This document shows, piece after piece, positions 38,330-49,177 of a stretch of 64,000 nt of DNA. The stretch comes from Eledone cirrhosa (taxonomy: Eukaryota), in assembly GCA_964016885.1 (NCBI GenBank), contig OZ024741.1:355198001-355262000 (forward strand), in the 5' to 3' direction. Below the pieces are notes generated by a model. That model saw only the letters and a list, made by a program, of their open reading frames with translations. It did not search any database and had not been told where the DNA came from. A program made the translations under genes and the position numbers. Numbering within the stretch: position 1 is the first letter of the stretch; each line of letters opens with the position of its first letter.

Positions 38330-39109
38330 TCGGTCTGGCCACCACCAGTCAAAAACGTACTGGGTTGACTGGGGGAACAACAGACAATCTGGAGAAGAAA
38401 AAGGAAAAGAATCATTTTTAAATAAAATATTTAAAGTAAAAAAAAAAAAATTCATTTTTCCTATTGACAATCAGACATTTATCAGACAACTTAAGCTGGA
38501 AAAAAAAAACATGGTTCCAAGACAAAGTACTAGAGTTGATATAACCAAATAAAACTTCAGAAGGTGATAATTCAACATGGCTATAGTCAATGCTGGAACC
38601 AGAACAAAAATATCCTTGAATTAGGTTTGATCTTGCCAGTGGTTGTTTACAAAAAAAAATTTGAATAGTAAAATGTTTCAAAATGTTTAGTTTGTTAAAA
38701 GATGGATGAGAGTGAACAGGCCTACTCTAAGTATGCACCTGTAGAATGAAGGAGGATAGATGGGAGAGAGCACTTGCCCTAGCGATCAGGGTGATGATGG
38801 CTTTATGTTGGCTTTCTCTATATGTAACCCTCAGAAGTCTCCCCCACCACTATCGGGGAATTTTCTTTTGTTTGGCTTTCTACATATCTGTTACACACTT
38901 TTAACATGGAAAAACCCACATTGTATTGTTCTGTGTCATCTTCAATGTTTTCTTCAGACCAGCAGTTCATTGAATCACTACCAAATACTGATTCTACATT
39001 GTTAACCCTTTTGTTGCTATATTTCTAATAAAAGACACTATCCATATTTCGAAAATATTCAAGAACTTGGAAGGATTTAATCATATAATTTTGTCATTAT
39101 TATGTTGAT

Positions 39110-39214
39110 CCCGCCGAGGTTAACTTTGCCTTTCATCCTTACGGGGTCGATAAAATAAAGTACCAGTAATCCTCTGGGATAATTGCTGGCCTTGAGCCAA
39201 AAGTAGAAACAATT
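39110..39214 (+). mobile_element. 5'-truncated SINE (same subfamily as 573-958) inserted in a piggyBac-like MITE
   Basis: Near-identical core. TSD attattatgttgat (39096-39109) / attattatgcagat (39212-39225). Confidence 0.8.
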
Positions 39215-41117
39215 ATTATGCAGATGTTTGGAACATAAAGACTCTTATACAAAATAATGATGGAACGTTTTTAGAAAACTCACTTTCCCTCATACCATGT
39301 GATCCATTCACCATTTCCAGAGTTGCAAAACAAAATCACTTTCAGATAAAAAAATGGCAACTTAAGAAAAACACAAGGTATCCTGCTCCAGCTTAGTTTC
39401 CTTAAATCTTATTTTGATGAAGGGATTTTATCCTGAAATATCAAGAACTAAACACCGCCAAGGTAACAGTCCAACACCTTTGTTGTTATTTTTAACATTT
39501 AATGCCAAATTTGTATTGCTGTTGTCTTCTGAAAAAACACGATTTTTTTTACACTTTCCATAATGCTTCAAGCAAATTAAAACACCCGGTTATAAACAAT
39601 TCAAAATAAACAACTATGTATTTGTAGAACCAGAAGCAATTTGGTATCAAAAGGTTAAGTGAACAAGAGGTTGGTGTATAATGTATGTATAGACCCATAA
39701 CTCCTGATGGAGTTGTAGGGAAGTAGGGATGACATATGGTTTGTCTTGGGCATTTGAAACCTGGCAGAGCCCATACTTTCTCCAGATCTAAATATAGTCG
39801 ATTTCTTCCAGAGAAGGTGAAAGAGAGTGATAGAGTGGAAGAGAGAAAGAGATACAGAGAAAAATGTACCCCATTGTTGAACTTGTACTTTTTTTATCGA
39901 CTTTGGAGCGCAGAGAGCCAGAACAAATACTGCAAAGCATTCTATCAAGTCTGCCAACTTGATGCCTTGATGTATAACAACTTATTTGGAAAGATACGGT
40001 ACCAGTGTCTGATGAGCAGGGAAACCTAGGCCTGTAAAATTTAGCACAGTGGGATATTTAGTTAAGCAGATCACAGAAGGATATGGGTAGCTGGGTTGAT
40101 AAAACACTGGACAATCATTATTTAATAGAGTGTGCATCCTGGTTTTCTGAGTAGGTACACCATATCCCTGTGTATTATAAGAGGCAACTAAATGGGTTGG
40201 CATCATAAAATAAAGTACCAGTCCAACACAGTGGATTAGCAGAATTGTTAGAGCACTAGAAAAGATGTTTGCAGTATTTGTTCTAGCTCTGCATTCTAAG
40301 TTCAAACTTTGCTGGGGATTACTGGGATGGTAGACTTAATCCATCACCCAATTTAACACAAATCCTGGCTGTTGGCTGCCTTTAGCAGAACCCACTTTGG
40401 TACAAGCATTCACACAAAATCTTTCCCGAGAGCCATAGAGGCCCTGTAAAGGGTCACGAGTACTGTATTTCCCTCTCTAACTAAAGTAGTAAAAAAAAAT
40501 GTAAACTAAAAAAAGATATCAGTCATTGATTGTGGTGGTATTTATCAAGAACCAGATGGAATGGGCTGTTGATAGTTAAGTATGTTAAACTACAGACAAA
40601 GCATTGCAATTTTAGAATATGAACCATTCTGACTTGCAGTTCAGCATTCTAACAACAAAAATCTGAGTGAGTGAGTGAAAGAATGAGAGAGAGAGTTAGA
40701 GAGGGGATGAGAGAGAGAACAAAATTTACTTACTATTTGATTTACTGAAGTTCATATTTATTCTAAGTTTCTGTGGCAGAACTGTATAACAGTATAAACC
40801 ATTTCCAAATTTCAGCTCTTAATATAAAGAAATTAAACAATTTATAAATAAATGGTATGAGGTGGTGGTTGATGTCTTTGTTAGAATAACTGCCAATGTA
40901 TAAAGTTATAAATATTTAAGTAAGCTTAACCAATTATTGACTAAACTGAAATTTAATTGCCACACAGGTAGTCAACTTGTGAGAATTATACTTCACTGAC
41001 CCTGACTTCTTTTTAAGACCTTCGTACATCCATTTCAAGCGTTTACCTAATATATTCCTTCCATATATTGTACCGATTGTGTTGTTATTTCTGTTTACCT
41101 TTTAAATATATATATAT

Positions 41118-41302
41118 GGAGGCACATGGCTTAGTGGTTAGAGCATTGGCCTTGCAATCAAAAGTTGTGAGTTCAATTCTCAGACCGGGTGATGTGTTGT
41201 TTCCTTGAGGTTGGTGTTAGGAAGGGCATCCAGCTGTAGAAATCAAGCCAGAATCAGTTCCCATCCCACCCTTGCAAGCAGGGAAAAGCAGACGTAAAAT
41301 GA
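41118..41302 (+). mobile_element. tRNA-derived SINE with RTE-derived tail, internally deleted copy
   Basis: A box tggcttagtgg and B box gagttcaattc. Lacks 137 nt present in the partner copy, with the junction at a tgag microhomology (41206-41209). Confidence 0.85.
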
Positions 41303-41306
41303 TCTA

Positions 41307-41342
<36 letters not shown>

Positions 41343-41347
41343 CGTAT

Positions 41348-41675
41348 CATCATCATCATCATTTTACGTCCGCTTTTCCTTGCTTGCAAGGGTGGGACAG
41401 GAACTGATTTTGGCTTGATTTCTACAGCTGGATGCCCTTCCTAACACCAACCTCATTTACAGTGAGTGCTGGGTGCTTTTTTGCCGTGGTGCCTACACGA
41501 CCACTTTGCAGTGGAATATGGACCCCAGTCCCTGTCATCTCATTTCTACAGCTGAGTAAACTGGAGCAATGAGAAATAAAGTGTCTTGCTCAAGGACACA
41601 ACACATCACCCGGTCCGAGAATTGAACTCACAACCTTTTGATTGCAAGGCCAATGCTCTAATCACTAAGCCATGT
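41348..41675 (-). mobile_element. Full-length tRNA-derived SINE (CORE-like centre gtgtccttgagcaagacact) with RTE-derived tail and (atg)n end
   Basis: A and B boxes. 41411-41481 is identical to the reverse complement of RTE 3' UTR 24506-24576, and the terminus matches 25215-25257. Confidence 0.88.
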
Positions 41676-41776
41676 ATATAGACACACAAAAACATATACA
41701 TACATACACATATACATATATACATGTATATATATATACACACATATATATATATATACATACACACATGCACACA

Positions 41777-41809
<33 letters not shown>

Positions 41810-42194
41810 CATAGATACATACTTATACCTATGTACATACACATACATACATATATATATATAATGTATGTATGTATGTATACATACACACATACATATG
41901 TATAATTTAATGCCTGCTTGTCTTGCTAGCATATATGGCATCAAACCTGGAAATGTGGCTGTGAATCAAAGATGTTTTTACCAGTTATGCCAGTGAAGAT
42001 GTATACAGAAATACACATGCAACCCCTACACACACCCCAGCCCACCCCACCATATATGTGTGTGTGTGTATGTGTGTGAGTGAAACAGTCCTTCAACCTG
42101 GATCTCTCACAAAGGGACAGCCCATCCTATCCATGCTAGCGTGGAAAATGGACGATGATGAAGATATATATACACACTCACATACATATATACA

Positions 42195-42812
42195 AATACT
42201 TGGGGTAAACATCTGTGTGCAGATGGTGCTGCTGTACCCTGTCTCTGAATGTAGAGAGTCAATGTCTCATTAGGTAGTGAAACAACTATGCAGGTGCTTC
42301 GGCCCTTTCCACTGCAACTCCCGAACTATCCAGGGCTACCAACTGAAATAGGCAACAAAACTCTTGCACAACAGCACAAAAGTAGATGAGTCTGATGTTG
42401 TTACTCTGGGCTAGATATCCCTCTCAACCTCAAGTCTATATTCCATTTAATGGACACACTTCACTGAATTATATGCACCATTCATCATCTTTCTTGAGCC
42501 AGATGTAGTGAGTTGTTTTCTAAGCAGCCTCAAATAATTTCCTTGAAAAGTATTTTCTTTCCTTTGTGGCTAATCTTGGGCTCCTGAGCAGCAAATCAAC
42601 CCTGGTTCCAACAAAACCCTTAACACCTATATCTACAGGAAGACATGATGCTTTCCATCCATAGTTTTCTCAGAGTTCAACCAACTCACTGTATCTTCTA
42701 TCATTCCTGTCAAATGCACCATTTATGTTCACTTCCCAAGGAACTATCAGCTCTACCATTTCAATCACCTTCCATTTCTTCCACTACATGATGAGGTCAA
42801 GTCTTTTGATAC
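42195..42812 (-). mobile_element. Hero-clade (R2-group) non-LTR retrotransposon 3' fragment with RLE domain
   Basis: Manual translation of 42810-42469: IKRLDLIM*WKKWKVIEMVELIVPWEVNINGAFDRNDRRYSELVEL*ENYGWKASCLPVDIGVKGFVG...AA*KTTHYIWLKKDDEWCI*. This fits RPD..ELTVPWE..KY..L..GW....PVEVG.RGF..WIWLKR. Confidence 0.8.
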
Positions 42813-43724
42813 ACCCACAGACACACACACATATATCATCATCATTGTCGTTTAACACCCATTTTCCACACTTGCATGGGTTAGACAGGTTGTCACATTT
42901 TGGGACATGTTAGGTAAGATGACATCTTGCTCATACAGATCTGCATTTAACTTGGTTTCTACGGCTGGATGCCCTTCCAAATGCCCACCACCTTAGTGTG
43001 AACTGGGGGCCTTTTATCATAGCACCAAAAGACCATCTAACAGAGAGGACTGCTTTTTCATCAGGCCACCAGGATGATCACCTTACAGGTGCTTTTTGCA
43101 TGTCACAAGCACAACCACCTTACAGGGAGGTCTGGGTGCTATTTTTCTTGTGACATATATATAGATATATAAAATCTTCTGCACAGTTTCCACCTGCCAA
43201 ATTTACTCACAAGGTATTGGTCAATTTGGCACTATAATAATCAGAAAGAAAATTAATTGCAAAAGGAGAATGCTATAGTTAAATTTATTGATCTTAAGTA
43301 TTATTAGCGATATTTATTTTATTATCTCCATTCCCATGAATTTGCTTAAGGCATAAAAAAAGACAAACACAAGACAGTCATTTAAAAACTGTTAAATAGT
43401 AACTGTACAGGTAAACAAAGACAGAGGGATTTTTCAGTTGCATTCAGTACAGACTGCAAAGTGATTGGTATTAGGACGGACAGTAAACCATAGAAATTAT
43501 GCTAAAAGGGTAGAGGACTCTTCAGCTACCTCAAGGTAGTGCCACAATAAAGTAGATGGCTTTAAGAAGGGCATCCAGTCATAGAAACCATGAGAGAGAT
43601 ATGGTTCTCTGACCCATCTATGAAGGCAGTAACTCCAATGAAGTACTGAACTGATCTGTTATGACCCATGCAACTCATGCTAACATGGAAAAGTGTACAT
43701 AAAATGATGAAAAATCATACTTAC

Positions 43725-43840
43725 ATGATTATCCAGTTCTATTGTAGTCTTGATATCTTAGTGTGTTTATAAGAATATTCTATTATAGTCTCTTCCCTCA
43801 TGCTAACAACCAATTCAAGCTGAAACCCTTTAAAATTACA
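43725..43840 (-). other. Candidate 116-nt 5' UTR exon of the C6orf120-like gene
   Basis: cttttgtctttccag|TGT...CAT|gtaagt. Stops in all three frames. Confidence 0.6.
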
Positions 43841-44429
43841 CTGGAAAGACAAAAGATAAAGTTAAAAAAGGTCACAGTAATATGTGTAACACTTGCTTTT
43901 TGTTAATTTAGGATTTCATTCTAAAACAATCATCACAACAAAACTAAACATGTTTACAACAGATTAGTACACAATTGGCTATTAAAAATAGCAGCCAAAT
44001 CTCCCCCTACCATTTTAAAAAGAGGAGGCATGTTTCCAAACTGACATCCAATAAAGTTACATTTTGATAAAAATATTATCTCAGAAAACTTCAGTCAGTT
44101 TATGAAATACAATTACAAATGTAAATAAAGAAATATAAGTGGATTTTTCTACAAGTCATAATTATCTGAAAAGATAGCTCTTAATACTTTAGCATTTACA
44201 TTACTCTACATATACTGTTGTATTTTCATGGTAAAAACTTTCTCTCAAATAATATCGAATCTATGCAATTTTGAGAACAATACCTTAACATCAGCATGAG
44301 TCGCCAGTTACAGCCGGTTTGAACAGAAAGAGGTGAGAGAATTCTGGCAGGATACGGTCAGTTTAAATGCTAATGGATTAAATAAGATGAAATCAGCAAA
44401 AATATATTCCAATATGAAAGTTTACCTTC

Positions 44430-44572
44430 AAATGTTGCACTTCTTTCAGAAGGATACACTTACAAAAGGCCACATGTGGCCTCAAAGTTGCAAGTTCCTC
44501 ACCTCATTATACCTTCAAATAGAGTGCAATAGTTCACAGCTTGAGTGCCTTTGATCATAAGCTGTACTGTGG
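44430..44572 (-). ncRNA. Candidate intronic structured RNA (two hairpins, 3' ACA-NNN; H/ACA-like)
   Basis: Nested stems UUGCACU/AGUGCAA, GAAGG/CCUUC, CUUGCAA/UUGUAAG and GAGGCCAC/GUGGCCUU, ending ACAUUU. Upstream stem ACAGCUU/AAGCUGU. No canonical H box seen. Confidence 0.3.
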
Positions 44573-45789
44573 TTATACAACATGTTTAAATTCACAAAAT
44601 TAATTATTTAATATGCTGATTGGTATAGTGTTCAAATTAACCATAGCTGCATTTCATTTAAGCAAGAACTCTTATATAAGCTTGAGAAGGTTGAAAAAAA
44701 AAAAATCCAAAAAACAATTGAAACCAAAATAGTTCAGTTACTCTTTATATACTCTCTAATTCTTTCAATATCGAACTGACCCTGGTTCTACAATACAAAA
44801 CCGTTTTAAATTATCTAAAAATCTTCCATAAAAAATTTATAGAAAAGACTTTTGTTAATTTATGTTCCAAACACCAGCTTAATAACAAAGAAGTTAGTTA
44901 GATTATTAAATCCCTCCACAAAGATTATTGAAAAATTATTTGAAAATCATAGGCACTGTCTTTTAGGCACTCTCTTGTAGGCTCATGGCTTGAAGATGAC
45001 CAATTAAATGTTTAAAACTGACCTACAGATTCAGCTTGCTGGGTAGATCAGGCTTGAGATTTGTATGAGCATATTATTTGGTGAATGTAATGTAAAAAAA
45101 TAGGCCTAGTCCTTAATGTCAGTGAGAATATTTTACAGTATTTTTTTTTTACTTTGCCCTTGCACTCTAGGTTCAAATCTTGTCATGGTCAATGTTGCCC
45201 TTCATCATTCCAGAGTTAATAAATTAAGTCAATTTTTCTCTCTCTTGGAATCTCTAAAGGATTGAGGAGGACCACTCACAGCATCCTTTCTCTGGAAATG
45301 TAGAATGGTTAAGTGAAGGGCTAGCAACTGCTTCTCATAGAAAAAAATGATATGCTAGTGGAACAATTCAAAGATCGAATGACTGATATGCAGTACAACA
45401 CAAAACTTAATGAATAATTTGTAGTTTAGAAAAGAGAATATTTTGTATAGGTTACAATGTGGGAGTCTAAATATCATCATCACCATTTAATGTATATTTT
45501 TCATGCTTGCACGGGTTTGATGGGCTGTCACATGAGGCTTCACAAGTCAGGTGACAGTGTCTTGCTCATCTATTTCATTTTGAGCTTGGTTTTCTGTAAC
45601 TGGATGCCCTTCCTAGCACCAACCACTTTACAGAGGGTACTGGGAACTGTTTTCAAGGCATAAACATTACCACCTTACAGGATGGTTTAAGTGGAAAACT
45701 TGTGAGAAGTCCAACTGATATTTTTTTTTTTTAATTGATAGGTCTGGACAAATGTCTATGACACTTACAGGCGCTCAGAGACTGGAGAG

Positions 45790-46240
45790 ATCTATGCTAT
45801 TGATGTTCTGCTTGAATTATTGCAAGTCTATTCCTTTGGGAAACACTTGAGGAAGCAAGGAGTTCCAGGAGGCCGATTTTCCGGACAGGAAAAACTGGGT
45901 GTAGTGATTAGTACAAGGTCTGATTGCGAGAGAAAGAGAGACAAGTGAGTCAGGAATGCTTGAGTGGAGGTGGTATAAGTCAAGCAAGCTTTGAGGAGCA
46001 AAGATCATTGCAGCAATGGTAGAAAAAGCAGAGGAAAGAGACAGCATGTCAGTGGGTCAGAGAAAGACTTTAAACCAATTATCTGAGTGGGTTTTTTTCT
46101 GGATACAGACTTGGAGGACAGTATGAACAGCAAAACTGCCCCCAGATGTATGAGCAGTACACTATTGTGTGTTTCACCTGAGCTTGTGGATTTCAATAAG
46201 TAGATTCCAGCATGACTGTTATGAATACACTCTAGCAAGC
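45790..46240 (-). mobile_element. CR1/Jockey-type LINE C-terminal remnant
   Basis: RPCTNHYTQFFLSGKSASWNSLLPQVFPKGIDLQ*FKQNIN fits the SF...T..LWNSLP..VFP..Y.L..FK..IN pattern. Confidence 0.65.
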
Positions 46241-46279
46241 TGATTAAATTGTAGCATGGATAAAACAAGGCTAACATGT

Positions 46280-46800
46280 GTCGTAAATGCTTGCATGGTT
46301 CGACGGACTTTTCAGCACAGCCTTTCTCTATTTGTCGCGGACTTTTGTCATTTGTACCGTGAGCTTCAACAATTTGAATTCAGCACTCACAACTTCTACC
46401 CAGTCTTCATCTACTGCAGCTTCCTTTGCACCTTTCACCCAGCGATCATCATCCATGCGCATCACATGTTCATACTAAGACAGTCTTCTCTCTTGTACAC
46501 ATCTGATTCCTCTTATATTTAGTTTATCTCTCAGTTATTCCATGCTTTGTCATTTACAAACATTAAAATTGCACATCCATCAAAGCATGCTCGTTTCATT
46601 TCTTGCCAACCTTCACATATCCTCTGCAGTTACTGCCCATGTTTCACTACCATGCAACATTGCACATCCTACACAGGCATCATACAGCTGACATTTTGTT
46701 CATGTGGAACAACCTTTTGTTGTAAATAGTAGTAGCTCTCTAAACTTCTTCCATCCTGTTCTTATTCTAGCTACTATGCTCCTGGAGCACCCTCTGCTAA
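46280..46800 (-). mobile_element. Degenerate RTE LINE fragment
   Basis: RIRTGWKKFRELL and MLHGSETW motifs. Confidence 0.75.
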
Positions 46801-46989
46801 ACAGTTGAATATTAAAGGTAAAATGAACCATGAGTAGAGATGCAAAGAATTGGATAAAACTGACATTTTGGAAGAATAAGGCATAGAAAGCTGGCATCAA
46901 TTCCCCCATCTTCGCACTCAAATATCCTTATCTTTTTTCCAGTAAACTTGAAAACTTCAGAGCTGTGACCATCAACATAGGCATGATGA

Positions 46990-48335
46990 CAGGAAAATCT
47001 AGTGAGTGATAACAAATCATAGCAGGGAAATGAACTTGTTCAGTGTGTAGGAACAGTGTGGGTAGAAATTCCATTTTGTTCCAAGAGATGTAGCGGGATT
47101 TCAGGCAAGCTAGCAAACAATATAGGCATTATATGCACAGGAGCAGTAATAGCAAGAGCTCACACAAAACAATCAAATGTTCAGAGGGTTCAACAGCAGC
47201 TTCTGTTACCTAGGTGACCTAATTAGCAGTGGAGGCAGATGTTCAGAAAGTACAGTAGCCAGGGCAAGAACAAGATAGAAAAAGTTCAAGGAGCTACCAC
47301 TGCTGCTACTACAAAGGGTTTTTCCCTCAAAATGAAAGATGTATGATGCTTGTGTACAAACAGTAATGCAACATGGAAGTGAGACATGGGCATTGTGTGC
47401 AGAAGAACTACAAAGATTGGGAAAAAAATGAAGCATGCCTACTCTGACAAATGTGTAATGGTAGTGTACATGAACAACAAAGCATCAATGAATTGAAAGA
47501 GAAATTTGGCATAAGAGAAATCAGATGCAATACGCAAGGAAAGAATGTGATGATATGGAGGATGACAGCTGCATAAAAAGGTGCAGAGTGCTCAAAGTTG
47601 ATGGAAAATATGGAAGAGGAAGACCTAGGAAAGCTTGGGATGAAGTAGTAAAAACTGGCCTCATACAACTAAATCTCTCAAAAGAAATAATGCAGGATCA
47701 AATTCTTTGATGATATGATGTGCTGCAGAAACCCACCTTCCCATGTGCACAGGATGAAAGAATTGTGAAGAGGACACAATCTACATCAATCTTTCCCCTC
47801 CCCTCCATCCACATACACCTACCCCAATCTTAATTTTCAACCAGCCTTCATTACCAGCTAAGTATCCCACCACTCACCTTGTCTATGTCTAACTTGCATA
47901 CTACTTTCTCTCTCCTCCCTGCCACACCCCCGATACACCTCTCCTGTTTAACCCATGCATACAAACATGGAAAGCTGAACATGCTGCAACACCTGCTCTC
48001 CCACAGTGCTGCTGCCTACAGCAAAAGTACCTAGTCCACCCTATAGGGTAGTCAAGCTGGTGACAACAAAAAGCAGCCAGTTCTCTCTGTAAAGTGGTTA
48101 TGCTGATGACAAGACAAAAAAAGCACCCAGTTCACCTTGTAAGGTGGTCGTGCTGGTGACCTGACACAAAACACCCAGTAAGGTGGTTGGCATTAGGAAA
48201 GGCATCTAGCTGTAGAAACCAAGCCAAAAACAGATCCGTATAAGCAAGATATGGTCATCTGACCTGACTTATCTCACAACGTGACAACTCATCTAACCCA
48301 TGCAAACTTGGAAGATAGCATTAAACAATAATGAT
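46990..48335 (+). mobile_element. Degenerate RTE LINE 3' half with 3' UTR
   Basis: FCYLGD, HGSETWAL and GRGRPRKAWDEVVK. Tandem aaaagcacccag..tgtaaagtgg 3' UTR units. Confidence 0.8.
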
Positions 48336-48685
48336 TGAAGGTAAATAGAGGGGGGGGGGCAGTACATGCACATATATGGTAAACAGATATGGGTGGTACA
48401 TGCATATAAATAGACAGAGGTGGAATATGTACACAAATAAGGTAAATAGGAGTGTTACATGTACATATAACAAATAGATAGAAGTAGAACATGTAGTTAG
48501 GTGGTGCATGTACATATAAGGTAAATAGGGGTGTCTACAATTATTCATTTTTTGGTAACAAGCAAAATGGGTAAATCAGAAAGACACTGGCAAAGCAAAA
48601 CAAAAAATAAAAAACAATTTCTAATTGTTCGAGAAGATGCCTTGGGTAGGGTGTTTAGAGATGTGCAGAAGTTAAACTGACATAC

Positions 48686-48730
48686 CCCACAACCTTCAAA
48701 CTGTCTTACACATAAGACCATTCCGGCACA
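48686..48730 (-). other. Candidate 45-nt 5' UTR exon
   Basis: ttttttgtttgtttcaacag|TGT...GGG|gtatgt. Confidence 0.55.
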
Positions 48731-48763
48731 CTGTTGAAACAAACAAAAAAATGCAACTTTAAC

Positions 48764-49177
48764 TTAACCCTTTCACTACCATATTTCTAATGAAAGACAC
48801 TGGATATGATTTTTCAAATAATTTTGAAAATAATCAAAAACTCTCATTATTTATCTGGTGTTTGGAACAAAGGTTTTGACATAAAATTATGATGGAAGGT
48901 TTTTAGATAACTATAAGCTCTTTAACCTTTTAGCATTTAAACTGGTCATATCCAGCCAGAATCCTCTCACCTCTTTCTGTTCAAACAGTAACTGGGACCT
49001 CATACTGACAAAGTATTCTCAAAATAAATAATAATAATAATATCATATATTCGATATTATGTGAAGTAATGCCTTTACTACGAAAATACATTAGTAAATA
49101 TACAGTAATGTAAATAATAAAGGGTTAAAACAGTTTTATATCTTATAACCAGGGTAGTTTGGTATCAAAAGGATTAA
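48764..49177. mobile_element. piggyBac-like MITE with a second TTAA-flanked MITE nested at 48922-49128
   Basis: Outer ttaaccctttc...aaaaggattaa, inner ttaaccttttag...aaagggttaa. The inner family is also seen at about 32190-32380 and 44180-44380. Confidence 0.6.

Noticed and set aside
38330-38470. 47-aa N-terminal extension of the 250-aa ORF
   Set aside because: It starts at a non-ATG codon and runs through a polypyrimidine tract and AG acceptor at 38389. The signal peptide begins at ATG 38329.
41118-41190. tRNA genes (also at 53232 and 773)
   Set aside because: The A/B boxes continue into SINE bodies and tails, and no complete cloverleaf is present.
41606-41944. ORFs rich in Y/I/C/V/H/T (also 20896-21128, 35905-36117 and 63211-63480)
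   Set aside because: They are translations of TA/CA microsatellites.
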